Of a stretch of DNA of 64,000 nt, positions 36,566 through 46,715 are shown piece by piece; within the stretch, counting starts at the first letter, position 1, and every line of letters begins with the position of its first letter. The position numbers and the translations under genes were made by a program. The notes under the pieces are model-generated. The model searched no databases. It was not told where the DNA came from and saw only the letters and a program-made list of their open reading frames with translations. The DNA is taken from NCBI GenBank assembly GCA_963742735.1, contig CAVUMN010000004.1, forward strand, positions 128,001-192,000, given 5' to 3'. This stretch comes from an uncultured Actinomycetes bacterium. GTDB lineage: Bacteria > Actinomycetota > UBA4738 > JBBDTT01.

Positions 36566-36961
36566 ATGACGCATGCGACGGGTACGTTCGACATCGCCTT
36601 CGGCAGCGAGGACGTCGTCCACGAGGTGGAGGGTGGTCCCAAGCTCACGCACGCCGACGGCAAGCAGTCGTTCACCGGCGACATCCAGGGCGACGGCTCG
36701 GTCGAATGGCTGATGTGCTACACGCCCGACGGCAGCGCCACGCTCGTCGGGCTGAACCGCATCGAGGGCACGATGGGCGGGCGCCGAGGGAGCTTCGTCG
36801 TCGAGTCCACGGGAGACCACGACGGCAGCCAGTCAAAGGGGATCTGGCGCGTGATCGAGGGCTCCGGCACCGAGGACCTCGCCGGCCTCCGAGGGGAGGG
36901 CACCTGGCACGCGCCCGGCGGCCCCCAGGGGACCTACTCCCTGGAGTACGAGCTGGCGTAG
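36566..36961 (+). CDS. DUF3224 family protein
   Basis: ATGTF, FTGDIQG, GRRGSFV, GSGTEDLAGLRG. Confidence 0.88.
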   Translation: MTHATGTFDIAFGSEDVVHEVEGGPKLTHADGKQSFTGDIQGDGSVEWLMCYTPDGSATLVGLNRIEGTMGGRRGSFVVESTGDHDGSQSKGIWRVIEGSGTEDLAGLRGEGTWHAPGGPQGTYSLEYELA

Positions 36962-36989
36962 TCCGGCCGGCCGTTCGGAAGACCGAGAC

Positions 36990-38066
36990 CTAGCCGGCCG
37001 GGGCCCGGAGCACACCCGGGGTGCGTCCGGCGAGCTCCTTGCGAACCGCGGGGGCGACCTCGGTCCCCAGCAGCTCGATGGAGCGCATCATGCGGTCGTG
37101 GGGCAGCGTGCCCACGCTGAACTGCACCAGGAACCGGTCGTGCTGGAACAGCTCGTGCTGGAACAGGATCTTCTCGATCACCTGTTGGGGGCTGCCGACG
37201 AAGCTGTGGCCGCGGGGCGCACTCCCGGCGTCGTAGTCGGACCGCGTCATCGGGGGCCACCCCCGCTCCTTGCCGATCTTGTTCATCATCACGGCCGCGT
37301 AGGGGTACGAGACGTCGAGCGCCTCCTGCGAGGTGTCCGCGATGAACCCGTGGGAGTTGATGGACAGCGCCGGCAGGGGGTCGTGACCTGCCCGCCGGGC
37401 CGCCTCACGGAAGAGCTCGACCAGCGGCACGAATCGCTCCGGCATGCCGCCGATGATCGCCAGGGCCATCGGCAGCCCCAGGACGCCTGCGCGCGCGGCC
37501 GACCCCGGGTTGCCGCCGACGGCGACCCAGACCGGCAGGGGATCCTGGACCGGCCTCGGGTAGACGGCCTGGTCCTGCAGGGGCGGACGGTGTCTCCCCG
37601 ACCACGTGACCGACACGGACTCGCGGAGCTTCAGCAGCAGCTCGAGCTTCTCCGCGAACAGCTCGTCGTAGTCCTCGAGGTCGTAGCCGAACAGGGGGAA
37701 CGACTCGATGAACGAGCCCCGTCCGGCCATGATCTCCGCCCGGCCTTCCGACAGCAGGTCCAGCGTCGCGAAGTCCTGGAACACGCGGACGGGGTCGTCG
37801 GAGCTGATCACCGACACCGCGCTCGTGAGGCGGATGTCCTTCGTCCGCTCCGCCGCCGCACCGAGGACGACCGCCGGCGCCGACACGGCGAAGTCGGGAC
37901 GGTGATGCTCGCCCAGGCCGAAGACGTCCAGGCCGAGCTGGTCGGCCAGCTCGATCTCCTCCATGAGGTTGCGCAGCCGCTGCCGCGCGCCGATCACCGA
38001 CCCGTCGTGCGGGTCGGCCTGCACCTCCGCGAACGTGTAGAGCCCGATCTCCATGGTGACGTTCAT
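36990..38066 (-). CDS. LLM class flavin-dependent oxidoreductase
   Basis: [33 protein letters not shown]. Confidence 0.93.
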   Translation of the reverse strand: MNVTMEIGLYTFAEVQADPHDGSVIGARQRLRNLMEEIELADQLGLDVFGLGEHHRPDFAVSAPAVVLGAAAERTKDIRLTSAVSVISSDDPVRVFQDFATLDLLSEGRAEIMAGRGSFIESFPLFGYDLEDYDELFAEKLELLLKLRESVSVTWSGRHRPPLQDQAVYPRPVQDPLPVWVAVGGNPGSAARAGVLGLPMALAIIGGMPERFVPLVELFREAARRAGHDPLPALSINSHGFIADTSQEALDVSYPYAAVMMNKIGKERGWPPMTRSDYDAGSAPRGHSFVGSPQQVIEKILFQHELFQHDRFLVQFSVGTLPHDRMMRSIELLGTEVAPAVRKELAGRTPGVLRAPAG

Positions 38067-38089
38067 ACCCAACGCATCGGGACGCGCCG

Positions 38090-39142
38090 TTAGTCCGCGT
38101 GGAACGCCGCGAGCCGCTCCCCCTCGTCCTCGAGCTCACCCCGCGTCCCTCGCGAGAGCCGGCCGAAGGGCGTCAGCTTCACGCGGCCGTTCTCGTAGCG
38201 CCAGGACCCCGCCACCGCCCCGTCCACCAGGAACACCGGCACCGACTGCGGTGTCTTGGTCGAGAAGATCTTCGAGCGGTGCTCCTCGGGGAGGATCTGG
38301 GTCCTCCGCGCGTGGACCAGAAGCGTCGCGTCCCAGGTGGGGATGAACCGAACCGGCGCCGGCGTGTCCGGGTCGGGCAGGGGCGCGCGGGGCAGGTCCA
38401 GGAGCTCACCGCCTCGCTCGTCGCGGAACCGGCGGAGCGGGAGCCGTGCGATCGTCGGAGCCACCGCTCCCACCGGCACACCGGCCCAGTTCGCCAGGTC
38501 GTTGGCGGACGCCGGGCCGAAGCCTCCCAGGTAGGCGCGAACCACCCGCTCGAGACCCTCGGCCTCGGTCGTCTCGGGCACCCGCACCCAGTCCTCGGCG
38601 AGCCCGTACAGGTCGGCCCGCCGCCGCTCCCAGGTGCCGGAGGGCGGGACGCGGACCAGGTCGATCCAGAGCCCCGCCCCGGACAACGCGGTCGGCGGAA
38701 ACCCGTCCTCGGTCAGCCGGCGCTTGAGCTCGCCCGCCGCCAGGGGACCGCCGGCCAGGTAGCGGCGGATGCGGTGAGCGACCGCGGTCATGTCGACGTT
38801 TCCCATTAATCGTTGGGTAGCTCCGGTCCACCCCTGCAGCCTCCCGCGCCGGATTCCCGCCATGAACCGCCGGTAGTCGCGAGCCGAGGCCATGTGGATC
38901 GTCAGGCGCATCATCGTCGCCTGGATCACGCGCCTCGACTTCAGCGCCTTCGTGAGCGCGTCGCGCTCGAAGCCCTCCAGCCGGGACCACAGCCCGACGT
39001 ACGCGGAGGGCGCGTACTGCGTCTGCAGCCCCGCAAGCTGCTCGAGGGCACGGGTGATGGGCAGCCGGCTCCGTTCCAGCAGGAGCTGGCGGGCGAGCAG
39101 CGCCCGGTTCAGCTCACGCGTCGAGAGAACGCGCTCGGTCAT
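38090..39142 (-). CDS. AlkZ-like HTH_42 DNA glycosylase
   Basis: [17 protein letters not shown] (QxQ), MRLTIH, RFIPTWD. Confidence 0.9.
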   Translation of the reverse strand: MTERVLSTRELNRALLARQLLLERSRLPITRALEQLAGLQTQYAPSAYVGLWSRLEGFERDALTKALKSRRVIQATMMRLTIHMASARDYRRFMAGIRRGRLQGWTGATQRLMGNVDMTAVAHRIRRYLAGGPLAAGELKRRLTEDGFPPTALSGAGLWIDLVRVPPSGTWERRRADLYGLAEDWVRVPETTEAEGLERVVRAYLGGFGPASANDLANWAGVPVGAVAPTIARLPLRRFRDERGGELLDLPRAPLPDPDTPAPVRFIPTWDATLLVHARRTQILPEEHRSKIFSTKTPQSVPVFLVDGAVAGSWRYENGRVKLTPFGRLSRGTRGELEDEGERLAAFHAD

Positions 39143-39169
39143 CGGCGGGCCATGCTAGGCCCCGCGGGC

Positions 39170-40063
39170 TCAGATCCGGATCGTCTTGCTCGTGAAGACG
39201 CAGCTCTTGATTCCGAAACAGGTCTTGGCGACGACCACGTACAGCCCCGGTCGGGGACGGGGGAGCAGCGCGCTGTACGAGGCGCCCTTGAGCGTCGCCA
39301 GGATCGTCGTGGGCACCCTCGAGACCGGCGTGCCGGCCTTCGCGATGCCGATGCGAACGCCACCGGGAATCGAGTAGTCCGAGATCTTGACCGACTCGCC
39401 GCCGAGGTTGTTCTCGTAGACGACCCCGCCCATGCCGACGGTCGACGTCAGCGTGTCGGCGTCCGCGATCGAGGTCCCCGTAGTGATAACGGAGCCGAGG
39501 TCGGCCGGCATGAGCGCGAACGGCACCTGGACGCTCACCGCGCCGCCCTCCATGGTCCCGTCGAGCTGGTGGTCACACAGGAACCCGTCCGCGCTCAGGG
39601 TGCAGAGGTGGAAGTACGGCCCGGCGGTGGGGGGAAACCCGCCGAGGTTGCCCATCTGGATGTGCTTGTCGACGCCGTTGACCTTGAACTGCCACAGGTA
39701 GACGAAGCCCGGCGAGATGGTGGTACCCGGCGCGGGGTCGTGCACGGTGAAGGAGAACGTGAGGACTTCGGCCCCGGGGTCTGCCTGCATCGTGACGGAG
39801 GCCAGGTCCAGGCCGAGGTCCAGCGGAGCGATGGTCTCGTCGCCCTCGGGGTCGGTGGCCAGGACCGCCGCCTTCAGCGAGTCGGCGCCCGTGGTCAGCT
39901 TTCCGGCGACGGAGAGGGTGCGACCGGCCGACAGGCGCGTGATCGACAGCTTCGTCTTGGCCGGAGCCGCCGTCGCGGGACCCGCGGGCACCAGGGTCGT
40001 GAGGACGGACAGGGCCGCCGTGATGGCGACGCTGAAACGCACGGCGAGCTTGGAGCGCGTCAT
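39170..40063 (-). CDS. Secreted hypothetical protein
   Basis: Signal peptide ending PATA; beta-rich; AAGGAG RBS. Confidence 0.75.
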   Translation of the reverse strand: MTRSKLAVRFSVAITAALSVLTTLVPAGPATAAPAKTKLSITRLSAGRTLSVAGKLTTGADSLKAAVLATDPEGDETIAPLDLGLDLASVTMQADPGAEVLTFSFTVHDPAPGTTISPGFVYLWQFKVNGVDKHIQMGNLGGFPPTAGPYFHLCTLSADGFLCDHQLDGTMEGGAVSVQVPFALMPADLGSVITTGTSIADADTLTSTVGMGGVVYENNLGGESVKISDYSIPGGVRIGIAKAGTPVSRVPTTILATLKGASYSALLPRPRPGLYVVVAKTCFGIKSCVFTSKTIRI

Positions 40064-40139
40064 TGCGAGACTCCTTCGTCGGATCGGTGGCGGATATCTG
40101 AATTCGGGCGGGCGGAGCCGCTCTCCTGCTCGCGGACGC

Positions 40140-42281
40140 TCAGGAGAATGGGACCGACCTGGGCGCGGGGCCCATCGGGCGCCCGCCGACCCGGTCCGCG
40201 TAGGTCATCCACGGGATCGTGTCCTGCTGCTCCACGCCGGGACGGCTCCAGTCGCACACCCCCGTCGGGAACGCCCCCTGCAGCTGCTCCCACTGCGCGT
40301 CCGTGAACTCGATCGGGAAGTAGTCGGTGCGCCGGTGCGGCTTCAGCGTGCACTTGTTCCGGTCGGTGGACAGGGACTCACCCGCCACCACCCGGGGGGT
40401 CGTGTAGTTCTGGACGAGGAGGGGGCACGTCTCGCCGAACAGGACCTGCCCGGCGCCGTTGGTGCACTGGTCGTGCACGTCCTCGGGCCGGTTGACGATG
40501 ATCTTGCGGGCCAGCGGGATGGGACGGCGATCCGCCTCGACGGCGGCCAGCCAGCGGTCCATCGCCAGGAACCCGTCGACCGTGTAGTTGACGTCGCCGA
40601 CGAGCGCCACCGCGCCCTCCCAGATCACCTGGTTCCCGTAGGTGCCGTGCTCACGCTCGAGCCGGGCCCGAACCGCGAAGGAGCGGTAGGCGTCGTGGAA
40701 CGCGCCCGGGTCCGGGCCGCGGAGGTCGATGATCGCGACCTGGTCGAGGTTGTTCGCCTGGTTGATCCCGCCGCTGCGATAGGCGCGGGCCAGGGCGAAG
40801 CGGTCCGCGGCGATCCGCTCCGGGATGGGGTTCGCGTCGATGTCGGCTCCGCCGATGCGGGCGTTGAGGTCGACGTACTGCGCGATCGAGATGTCCCCCT
40901 GCTTCAGCGCCTCGAGCCCGTACTGAACGCCCACGTTGTCGAGGGGGCGCCCCGCGAACCCGTCCTGCGGCCGTCGCCCGAACACGTTGACCATGTAGTC
41001 GGCCAGCGTGCACCGCACGCCCTTCGGGTTGGTGGCGGGGTCGTAGCGCTGCTCGGCGGTCACCCCGGCGCACGCGTTGGTCGGGTCGCCCAGCGTGGTG
41101 AAGTACAGCTCGCTCAGCGTGATCGAGTTCACGTGGTTCGGGTGGCCCTCGACGGCGGCGATCTCCGCGGGCGTCCAGTGGATGCCCATCCCCCACCGGC
41201 TGGGGTCCTCGACGTAGCCGCGGACCAGCGCGTAGTCGGCGAGCTGGGACCCGGTCGACCACGCGTCGGGGAAGCTGCACTGCGGCAGGATCCCCTGGTA
41301 CAGGCCCGGGTAGGCGTTGGCGACCTGCTGCTGGGTGAGCGACCCGCCCGAGCACCCCGTGCCGATCGTGTAGCGGATCTCGCCGTAGGTCTCGACCAGG
41401 TGCTCCTTGGCCATGATCATCGACTCGGCCTGGGTCACCAGGTTGCAGTTGTGGCCCGCGTTGTTCAGCGCCGTCGACATGACGGCGAACCCGCGGCCGA
41501 TGGCCAGGGTCGGGCTCGACGTGTTGAGTGCGATGCCCTCCACCGCGATGGTGTCGCCGGTCACGCTGGGCGCGGTGCCCGCGACGTGGTCGATGCCGCA
41601 GCTCGCCCCGTGCGTGATCAGGACCTTGTGGTTCCACTGCGTCTGCGGCGCCCAGGCTCTCCAGGGCTTCGCCGGGTCGAACAGGACGGCGATCTTGTAC
41701 TGATCCCGATCCTGGTAGCCGGTCTCGATCCGGATGATGAACGGGACCTCGATCCCCTGGTCGGTGGTGGTGGTCTGTATGTCCGTGGGCGGGGCGGCCG
41801 GGTCGTAGGGCTGCAGGCGGCCAGAGGCCGACATGTACTGCCACTCGTAGGTCGTCGGCATGTTGCACCGCGCGTCCTTGGCGCCCTCCTGGCAGACCCA
41901 GGGCTGCACGTGCGGCCCCGAGAACACCGGGCCGCCGATGGGGTGGTTGGTGATGGTGATCCGCGCGCCGGCGCCGCCGGGAAGCCGCGCGGTCAGGATG
42001 TTCGGGCCGAGCCGCAGCCCCGTAACGAGCCCCTCGAGCCGGCCGTTCGGCCTGATCGAGAACGCGCCGCTGACCTCACGCGAGCCGACGTGGACGCGGA
42101 TCCCGCGCGGGCTCGTCCCCCGGGGAACGGCGATCGCGACGAGCGCATCCCCGCCGGAGATCAAGTCGGCTCGGTTGGACAGAACCTCGATCGAGACGGC
42201 CGGGGCCGCGACGCTCTCACCGGCGGGAAGTCCGACGGCGAGCAGAACCAGGGCGAGCGACAGGAGACGGCGCGGGACCAT
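40140..42281 (-). CDS. Secreted DUF6351 (tannase-like) protein
   Basis: VLSNRADLISGGDALV, TNHPIGGPVFSGP, GCSGG, FPTGVCDW. Confidence 0.85.
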   Translation of the reverse strand: MVPRRLLSLALVLLAVGLPAGESVAAPAVSIEVLSNRADLISGGDALVAIAVPRGTSPRGIRVHVGSREVSGAFSIRPNGRLEGLVTGLRLGPNILTARLPGGAGARITITNHPIGGPVFSGPHVQPWVCQEGAKDARCNMPTTYEWQYMSASGRLQPYDPAAPPTDIQTTTTDQGIEVPFIIRIETGYQDRDQYKIAVLFDPAKPWRAWAPQTQWNHKVLITHGASCGIDHVAGTAPSVTGDTIAVEGIALNTSSPTLAIGRGFAVMSTALNNAGHNCNLVTQAESMIMAKEHLVETYGEIRYTIGTGCSGGSLTQQQVANAYPGLYQGILPQCSFPDAWSTGSQLADYALVRGYVEDPSRWGMGIHWTPAEIAAVEGHPNHVNSITLSELYFTTLGDPTNACAGVTAEQRYDPATNPKGVRCTLADYMVNVFGRRPQDGFAGRPLDNVGVQYGLEALKQGDISIAQYVDLNARIGGADIDANPIPERIAADRFALARAYRSGGINQANNLDQVAIIDLRGPDPGAFHDAYRSFAVRARLEREHGTYGNQVIWEGAVALVGDVNYTVDGFLAMDRWLAAVEADRRPIPLARKIIVNRPEDVHDQCTNGAGQVLFGETCPLLVQNYTTPRVVAGESLSTDRNKCTLKPHRRTDYFPIEFTDAQWEQLQGAFPTGVCDWSRPGVEQQDTIPWMTYADRVGGRPMGPAPRSVPFS

Positions 42282-42318
42282 CGACTCCGAATACGACGCA
42301 GGGTGAGGCGAAACCTCC

Positions 42319-42765
42319 TTAGATCCGGAGCGGGCGGGCCGGCGCCATGATCGCCTGCGGGTCCTCGCGCCACAGCTCCGGCTGGACGTCGATGTAGAGC
42401 TCGATCTCGTTCCCGTCGGGGTCGGCGATGTACAGGCTGTGCGTCACGCCGTGGTCGGCGGTTCCCCGGACGTCCGCCCCCGCGTCGACCAGCTCTCGAA
42501 GGGCGTCCTTCAGCTCCTGGTCGGTCGTACCGATCTTCAGTCCGAAGTGATACATGCCGACCCGCCGGCCCTCGGGGATGGGGATCGCGTCGGCGCCGAC
42601 CTCGATCAGAAGCAGCTCGTGGTGGGTTCGTCCCGAGGAGAACATCGCCATCCGGTGCTCGACGGCGGAGACCTCCTTCCACCCCAGGACCTCGCCGTAG
42701 AAGCGGCGCGAGGCCTCGACGTCGCGCACGTACAGGACGATGTGTCCGAGCTCGTTCACTTCCAC
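42319..42765 (-). CDS. VOC/glyoxalase family protein
   Basis: LGHIVLYVRD, HHEL, YHFG, DPDGNEIEL. Confidence 0.92.
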   Translation of the reverse strand: MEVNELGHIVLYVRDVEASRRFYGEVLGWKEVSAVEHRMAMFSSGRTHHELLLIEVGADAIPIPEGRRVGMYHFGLKIGTTDQELKDALRELVDAGADVRGTADHGVTHSLYIADPDGNEIELYIDVQPELWREDPQAIMAPARPLRI

Positions 42766-42923
42766 GCCACTCTCCTCCTCGCTCCGGTGAGTCCTACCCG
42801 TGTGCTCAACGGTGTCAACCCAGAGGTATTCCGGGTGGAGGGTCGGCTAGCTCAAACTGACTAGGTCAGGTAGCTCGAACTGGCCTACCGCGCGGATTCC
42901 GGCCGAACTACCTTGCAAGGGAC

Positions 42924-44156
42924 ATGTCGCGCCGGGAAATCGTGCAGGCGGGGGAGGTCCGCTCCGCCCGGGTCGAATCACTGCGGGCCGTGGCCGCCAT
43001 CGGGGTCCTGATCGGCCACGTGGCGCTCAACCACTACGGGTGGAGCCGGCCCGGGGAGCAAGGCGCGTTCGAGCGGCTCATGCTCGGAGGCCTCTCGGGA
43101 GTGATCCTGTTCTTCGCGCTGTCCGGCTACCTGCTCTACTCGCCGTTCGCACGGCGGGACTTCGGCGCACGGGCTCGCGTGCACCTGGGGACCTACGCGA
43201 GGAATCGGGCCCTGCGGATCCTGCCGCTGTACGTGGCGGTCGTGGCCGCGCTGTTCCTCCTTCGGCTGGAGGGCGACCCTCCGTCGTCCCTGTGGCGCTT
43301 CCTCGTCTTCTCGCCCGGGTTCACCCGCGAGTTCTTCGGCTCGGTGTTCGCACCCATGTGGTCACTCGTCGTGGAGATCCACTTCTACGTCCTGCTCCCA
43401 CTCATCGCGTGGATGGTGGGGAGGGCGAGCCGCGGGCGAGCCGGCCGGGCGGCCGCGATCCTCGGCGCGCTCGGAGCCGGCTCGCTCGTGTTCAACATCC
43501 TGTCGGCCCCCTCGCCGTCCGGCGGGGGGTTCCCGCTCCCCTGGCGGATGTCCCTCCTGTCGATGTTCTGCTTCTTCGTGCCGGGGATGCTGCTGGCGAT
43601 CCTGCGGACGCAGTGGAACGAGTCCTGGTCGGGGCGCCTGCGAGCGCCATTCGATCGCGCCGGCGTCTGGCTGGTGGCGGGGGTCGGCCTGTGGGGGATC
43701 GTCGTCGCATCCCCGGACCTCAAGCCCCTGCTGATCCCGTCCAGCTTCCTGTTGGTGGCGGCGTGCGTCCTGCCCCTGCGCGGCGGCCCGGTGCTGGCGA
43801 GCCTCGACTGGAAACCGCTCGCCCTGATCGGGGTGGTGTCCTACAGCGTCTACCTGCTTCATCTGACCGTGATCCACGAGCTCGTCGGACTCGGATGGCC
43901 GAACTCGTCGGCCATCGCCCTGCTCGCCCTCTCGCTCGGCGCGACGGTCGCCCTGGCCGCCGCAACCTACGCCGGGGTCGAGCGCACGTTCCTCCGGCTG
44001 CGCGAACGATGGACGCCGTCGCCGACCGGCGGGGTCGAGCCCGCGGTTCTCCGGCTGGGCAGGCGTTGGGCGCCGACGCCGACCGGTGCACCCCGGGCAG
44101 GGAAGGACGGGCCTCCCATAGATCGCGAACCCTTGACATCCAGTCGTAAGCGATGA
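42924..44156 (+). CDS. Acyltransferase family 3 (O-acetyltransferase)
   Basis: ESLRAVA, FFALSGYLL, RALRILP, WSLVVEIHFY, SYSVYLLH. Confidence 0.9.
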   Translation: MSRREIVQAGEVRSARVESLRAVAAIGVLIGHVALNHYGWSRPGEQGAFERLMLGGLSGVILFFALSGYLLYSPFARRDFGARARVHLGTYARNRALRILPLYVAVVAALFLLRLEGDPPSSLWRFLVFSPGFTREFFGSVFAPMWSLVVEIHFYVLLPLIAWMVGRASRGRAGRAAAILGALGAGSLVFNILSAPSPSGGGFPLPWRMSLLSMFCFFVPGMLLAILRTQWNESWSGRLRAPFDRAGVWLVAGVGLWGIVVASPDLKPLLIPSSFLLVAACVLPLRGGPVLASLDWKPLALIGVVSYSVYLLHLTVIHELVGLGWPNSSAIALLALSLGATVALAAATYAGVERTFLRLRERWTPSPTGGVEPAVLRLGRRWAPTPTGAPRAGKDGPPIDREPLTSSRKR

Positions 44157-44193
44157 AACAGTTCAATACAGTCACGAGGAAGGAGCGCCCCAG

Positions 44194-44400
44194 ATGGACG
44201 AGCAGGGAATGCGCGCCGCAGCCTCATACCTCCGGACCGCCGAGGTAGCGGCCATCCTTCACGTTTCGCCCAAGACCATCACGCGTTGGGCGAAGGAAGG
44301 CCGCCTCCCCCATTCACGGACCCTTGGTGGACACCGCCGGTACTCGGCCGAGGACATCCAGAGCATCGCCGACGATCTGGTTCGTCCGGCCCGGGCGTAA
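44194..44400 (+). CDS. BldC-family HTH DNA-binding protein
   Basis: LRTAEVAAILHVSPKTITRWAKEGRL...TLGGHRRY. Confidence 0.88.
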   Translation: MDEQGMRAAASYLRTAEVAAILHVSPKTITRWAKEGRLPHSRTLGGHRRYSAEDIQSIADDLVRPARA

Positions 44401-44499
44401 GGGCCCCTGGCCGGTCCGGTCCCGCTGATCGTCGTTCTCGGGCTGCGGCTCGGCCGCTGAGCTCGCGCTGCCGATTCGGCGAGTACCATCCGCCCCGAG

Positions 44500-45840
44500 A
44501 TGCCCGAGTCGGCCGGCGAGGTCACGGAGCTCCTGCAGCGCCTGATCCGCAACGCGTGCGTAAACGACGGCACGCCGGAGTCGGGGAACGAGGCGCGCAA
44601 CGTCGACCTGCTGGCCGACTACCTGGAGCCCTCCGGCGTCGCCTTCCAGCGCTACGAGCCACTGCCCGGACGCGGCAGCCTGCTCGGGCGCATCGAGGGC
44701 TCGGATCCCACGGCCCCCTCCCTGATGCTGATGGGCCACCTCGACGTGGTCCCCGTGAACCCCGCCGGCTGGCGCGAGGACCCCTTCGGGGGAGAGCTCA
44801 TCGACGGAGAGATGTGGGGACGGGGCGCGATCGACATGCTCAACCTCACGTCCTCGATGGCGGTGGCGTTCCGCCGGCTCGCCGAGGAGGGCTTCCGGCC
44901 CCGCGGGACCCTGATGTACTGCGCGGTGGCCGACGAGGAGGCCCTCGGGACCCACGGCGCCAAGTGGCTCACCGAGAACGCCGCGGACGACGTTCGGACG
45001 GACTACATGCTGACCGAGGCCGGAGGGTTCCGGATGCCGCTGTCGGCGACCGCGAGCCCGAAGCTGCCCGTGAGCGTCGCCGAGAAGGGGACCTACTGGG
45101 TACGCATCCGGGTGCGCGGAACCGCCGGCCACGCGTCGATGCCTCTGCGGACCGACAACGCCCTGGTGACGGCGGCCGAGGTCGTGCGCCGCCTGGCCGA
45201 GTACCGGCCGGACGCCGTCATCCACGACACCTGGCGAGGGTTCGTCGAGGGGCTCGAGCTTCCCGAGGCGTTCTCGACCTCGTTGCTCGATCCGGACTCG
45301 GTCGGCGAGTTCGTGGGGGCGATGGACGACGTCGGGATCGCCCGCATGCTCCACGCGTCGACCCACACGACGTTCGCGCCGACCGTCATTGCCGGCGGCG
45401 TGAAGACCAACGTCATCCCCGACACCGTCGAGCTGCAGGTCGACATCCGGACGCTTCCCGGTGACACGGCCGAGACCGTCCGGGCGATGCTCAAGGAGGC
45501 CCTCGGGGACCTGTACGACGACGACCTGATCGTGGCCGACAGCGACGATCACGCGTCCGCCTCGCCGATCGACACGCCGCTGTGGGATTCGATGCAGCGA
45601 ACCGCGGAGAGCCTGGTCCCGGGGGCCCGCAACGTCCCGTGGCTGATCGTGGGGGCCACCGACGCCCGGTTCTGGCGGCGGATCGGCACGGTCGCCTACG
45701 GCTACGGCCTGTTCAGCGAGGGGATGGAGATGAAGGACTTCTTCTCCATGTTCCACGGCGACAACGAGCGGGTGGACGTCGAGTCGCTCGGGCTTTCCAC
45801 CGAGCTGTGGCTCCGCGTCGCGAAGGACTTCCTGGGCTAG
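44500..45840 (+). CDS. M20/M25/M40 metallo-hydrolase
   Basis: GHLDVVP, GRGAIDM, ADEE, FHGDNER. Confidence 0.93.
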   Translation: MPESAGEVTELLQRLIRNACVNDGTPESGNEARNVDLLADYLEPSGVAFQRYEPLPGRGSLLGRIEGSDPTAPSLMLMGHLDVVPVNPAGWREDPFGGELIDGEMWGRGAIDMLNLTSSMAVAFRRLAEEGFRPRGTLMYCAVADEEALGTHGAKWLTENAADDVRTDYMLTEAGGFRMPLSATASPKLPVSVAEKGTYWVRIRVRGTAGHASMPLRTDNALVTAAEVVRRLAEYRPDAVIHDTWRGFVEGLELPEAFSTSLLDPDSVGEFVGAMDDVGIARMLHASTHTTFAPTVIAGGVKTNVIPDTVELQVDIRTLPGDTAETVRAMLKEALGDLYDDDLIVADSDDHASASPIDTPLWDSMQRTAESLVPGARNVPWLIVGATDARFWRRIGTVAYGYGLFSEGMEMKDFFSMFHGDNERVDVESLGLSTELWLRVAKDFLG

Positions 45841-45844
45841 CCGG

Positions 45845-46252
45845 TCAGCGGATGCCGTTGTCGAGGGACAGGTTGGTCTCGGTGAACCGCCCGGCGACCA
45901 CGGTCACGTTGACGGGCTTGCCGAAGACGATCCCCTCCTGCCCGATGGGGATGGCCTGCGCCAGGTAGTCCCCCGGCTCCACGTTCAGCCGGAATCGCCC
46001 CTCCGCGTCGGTCCGTCCGAGCGCCACCACCCGCGAGCCGTCGGTGGTCGTTACCTGGACCTGGGCCTCGGTGGGAACGTCGGGGCACGGGCTGCCCACC
46101 TGCTCCACGGCGCACTGCGGCCCCAGCAGGACGACGCCGGTGATCCCCGAGCCCGCGTCGCCGGCGTCGCCGGACGCGCCGGCGCACGCGCCGGTGAGCA
46201 CGAGCAGCAGGGTGAGGGCCAGGATCCGTCGCACGCCGGTTGGACGCCGCAT
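45845..46252 (-). CDS. Lipoprotein with carboxypeptidase-regulatory-like domain
   Basis: Lipobox TGAC; GITGVVLLGPQC, TDAEGRF. Confidence 0.75.
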   Translation of the reverse strand: MRRPTGVRRILALTLLLVLTGACAGASGDAGDAGSGITGVVLLGPQCAVEQVGSPCPDVPTEAQVQVTTTDGSRVVALGRTDAEGRFRLNVEPGDYLAQAIPIGQEGIVFGKPVNVTVVAGRFTETNLSLDNGIR

Positions 46253-46259
46253 CGCGCCG

Positions 46260-46715
46260 TTACGGTTCCCGCGCGTCGATCGTGACGTTGGTGCCCCGGC
46301 ACGAGGCGAGGAGGTTCCCCGACTCAAGGTCGTGGAGCTCCGCCGCGCAGAACGAGATCTTCCGCGTCTTGTGGACGACCCAGCCCGTGGCCTTGACCGG
46401 CCGCAGCAAGGTGGGGCGGTAGAACTCGGTGCGCAGGTCCGCGGTCAGGAAGACCTCGTCGTTGTCGAGCAGCGACCAGGTGGCCGCGCCCATCGAGCTG
46501 TCGAGCAGGGCCGTGACCATCCCGCCGTGCACGATCCATCCGCCGTCGACCGTGGGGAAGGCGTGGTCGGTCGTCGGCTCCCATTCGAAGACCGAGCGGC
46601 CCGGCTCGAGCTCGACCCGGCGCCATCCCAGGTGGGCCCAGATCCCGCGCGCCTCTCCCGGCTCGAACGCGGCCTGGGCCTCGAAGCGCTCGCCCGGTGT
46701 GAACCCGGAGGTCAC
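46260..46715 (-). CDS. PaaI family thioesterase
   Basis: VHGGMVTALLDSSMG; GTGA overlap with pilT stop. Confidence 0.88.
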   Translation of the reverse strand: MTSGFTPGERFEAQAAFEPGEARGIWAHLGWRRVELEPGRSVFEWEPTTDHAFPTVDGGWIVHGGMVTALLDSSMGAATWSLLDNDEVFLTADLRTEFYRPTLLRPVKATGWVVHKTRKISFCAAELHDLESGNLLASCRGTNVTIDAREP

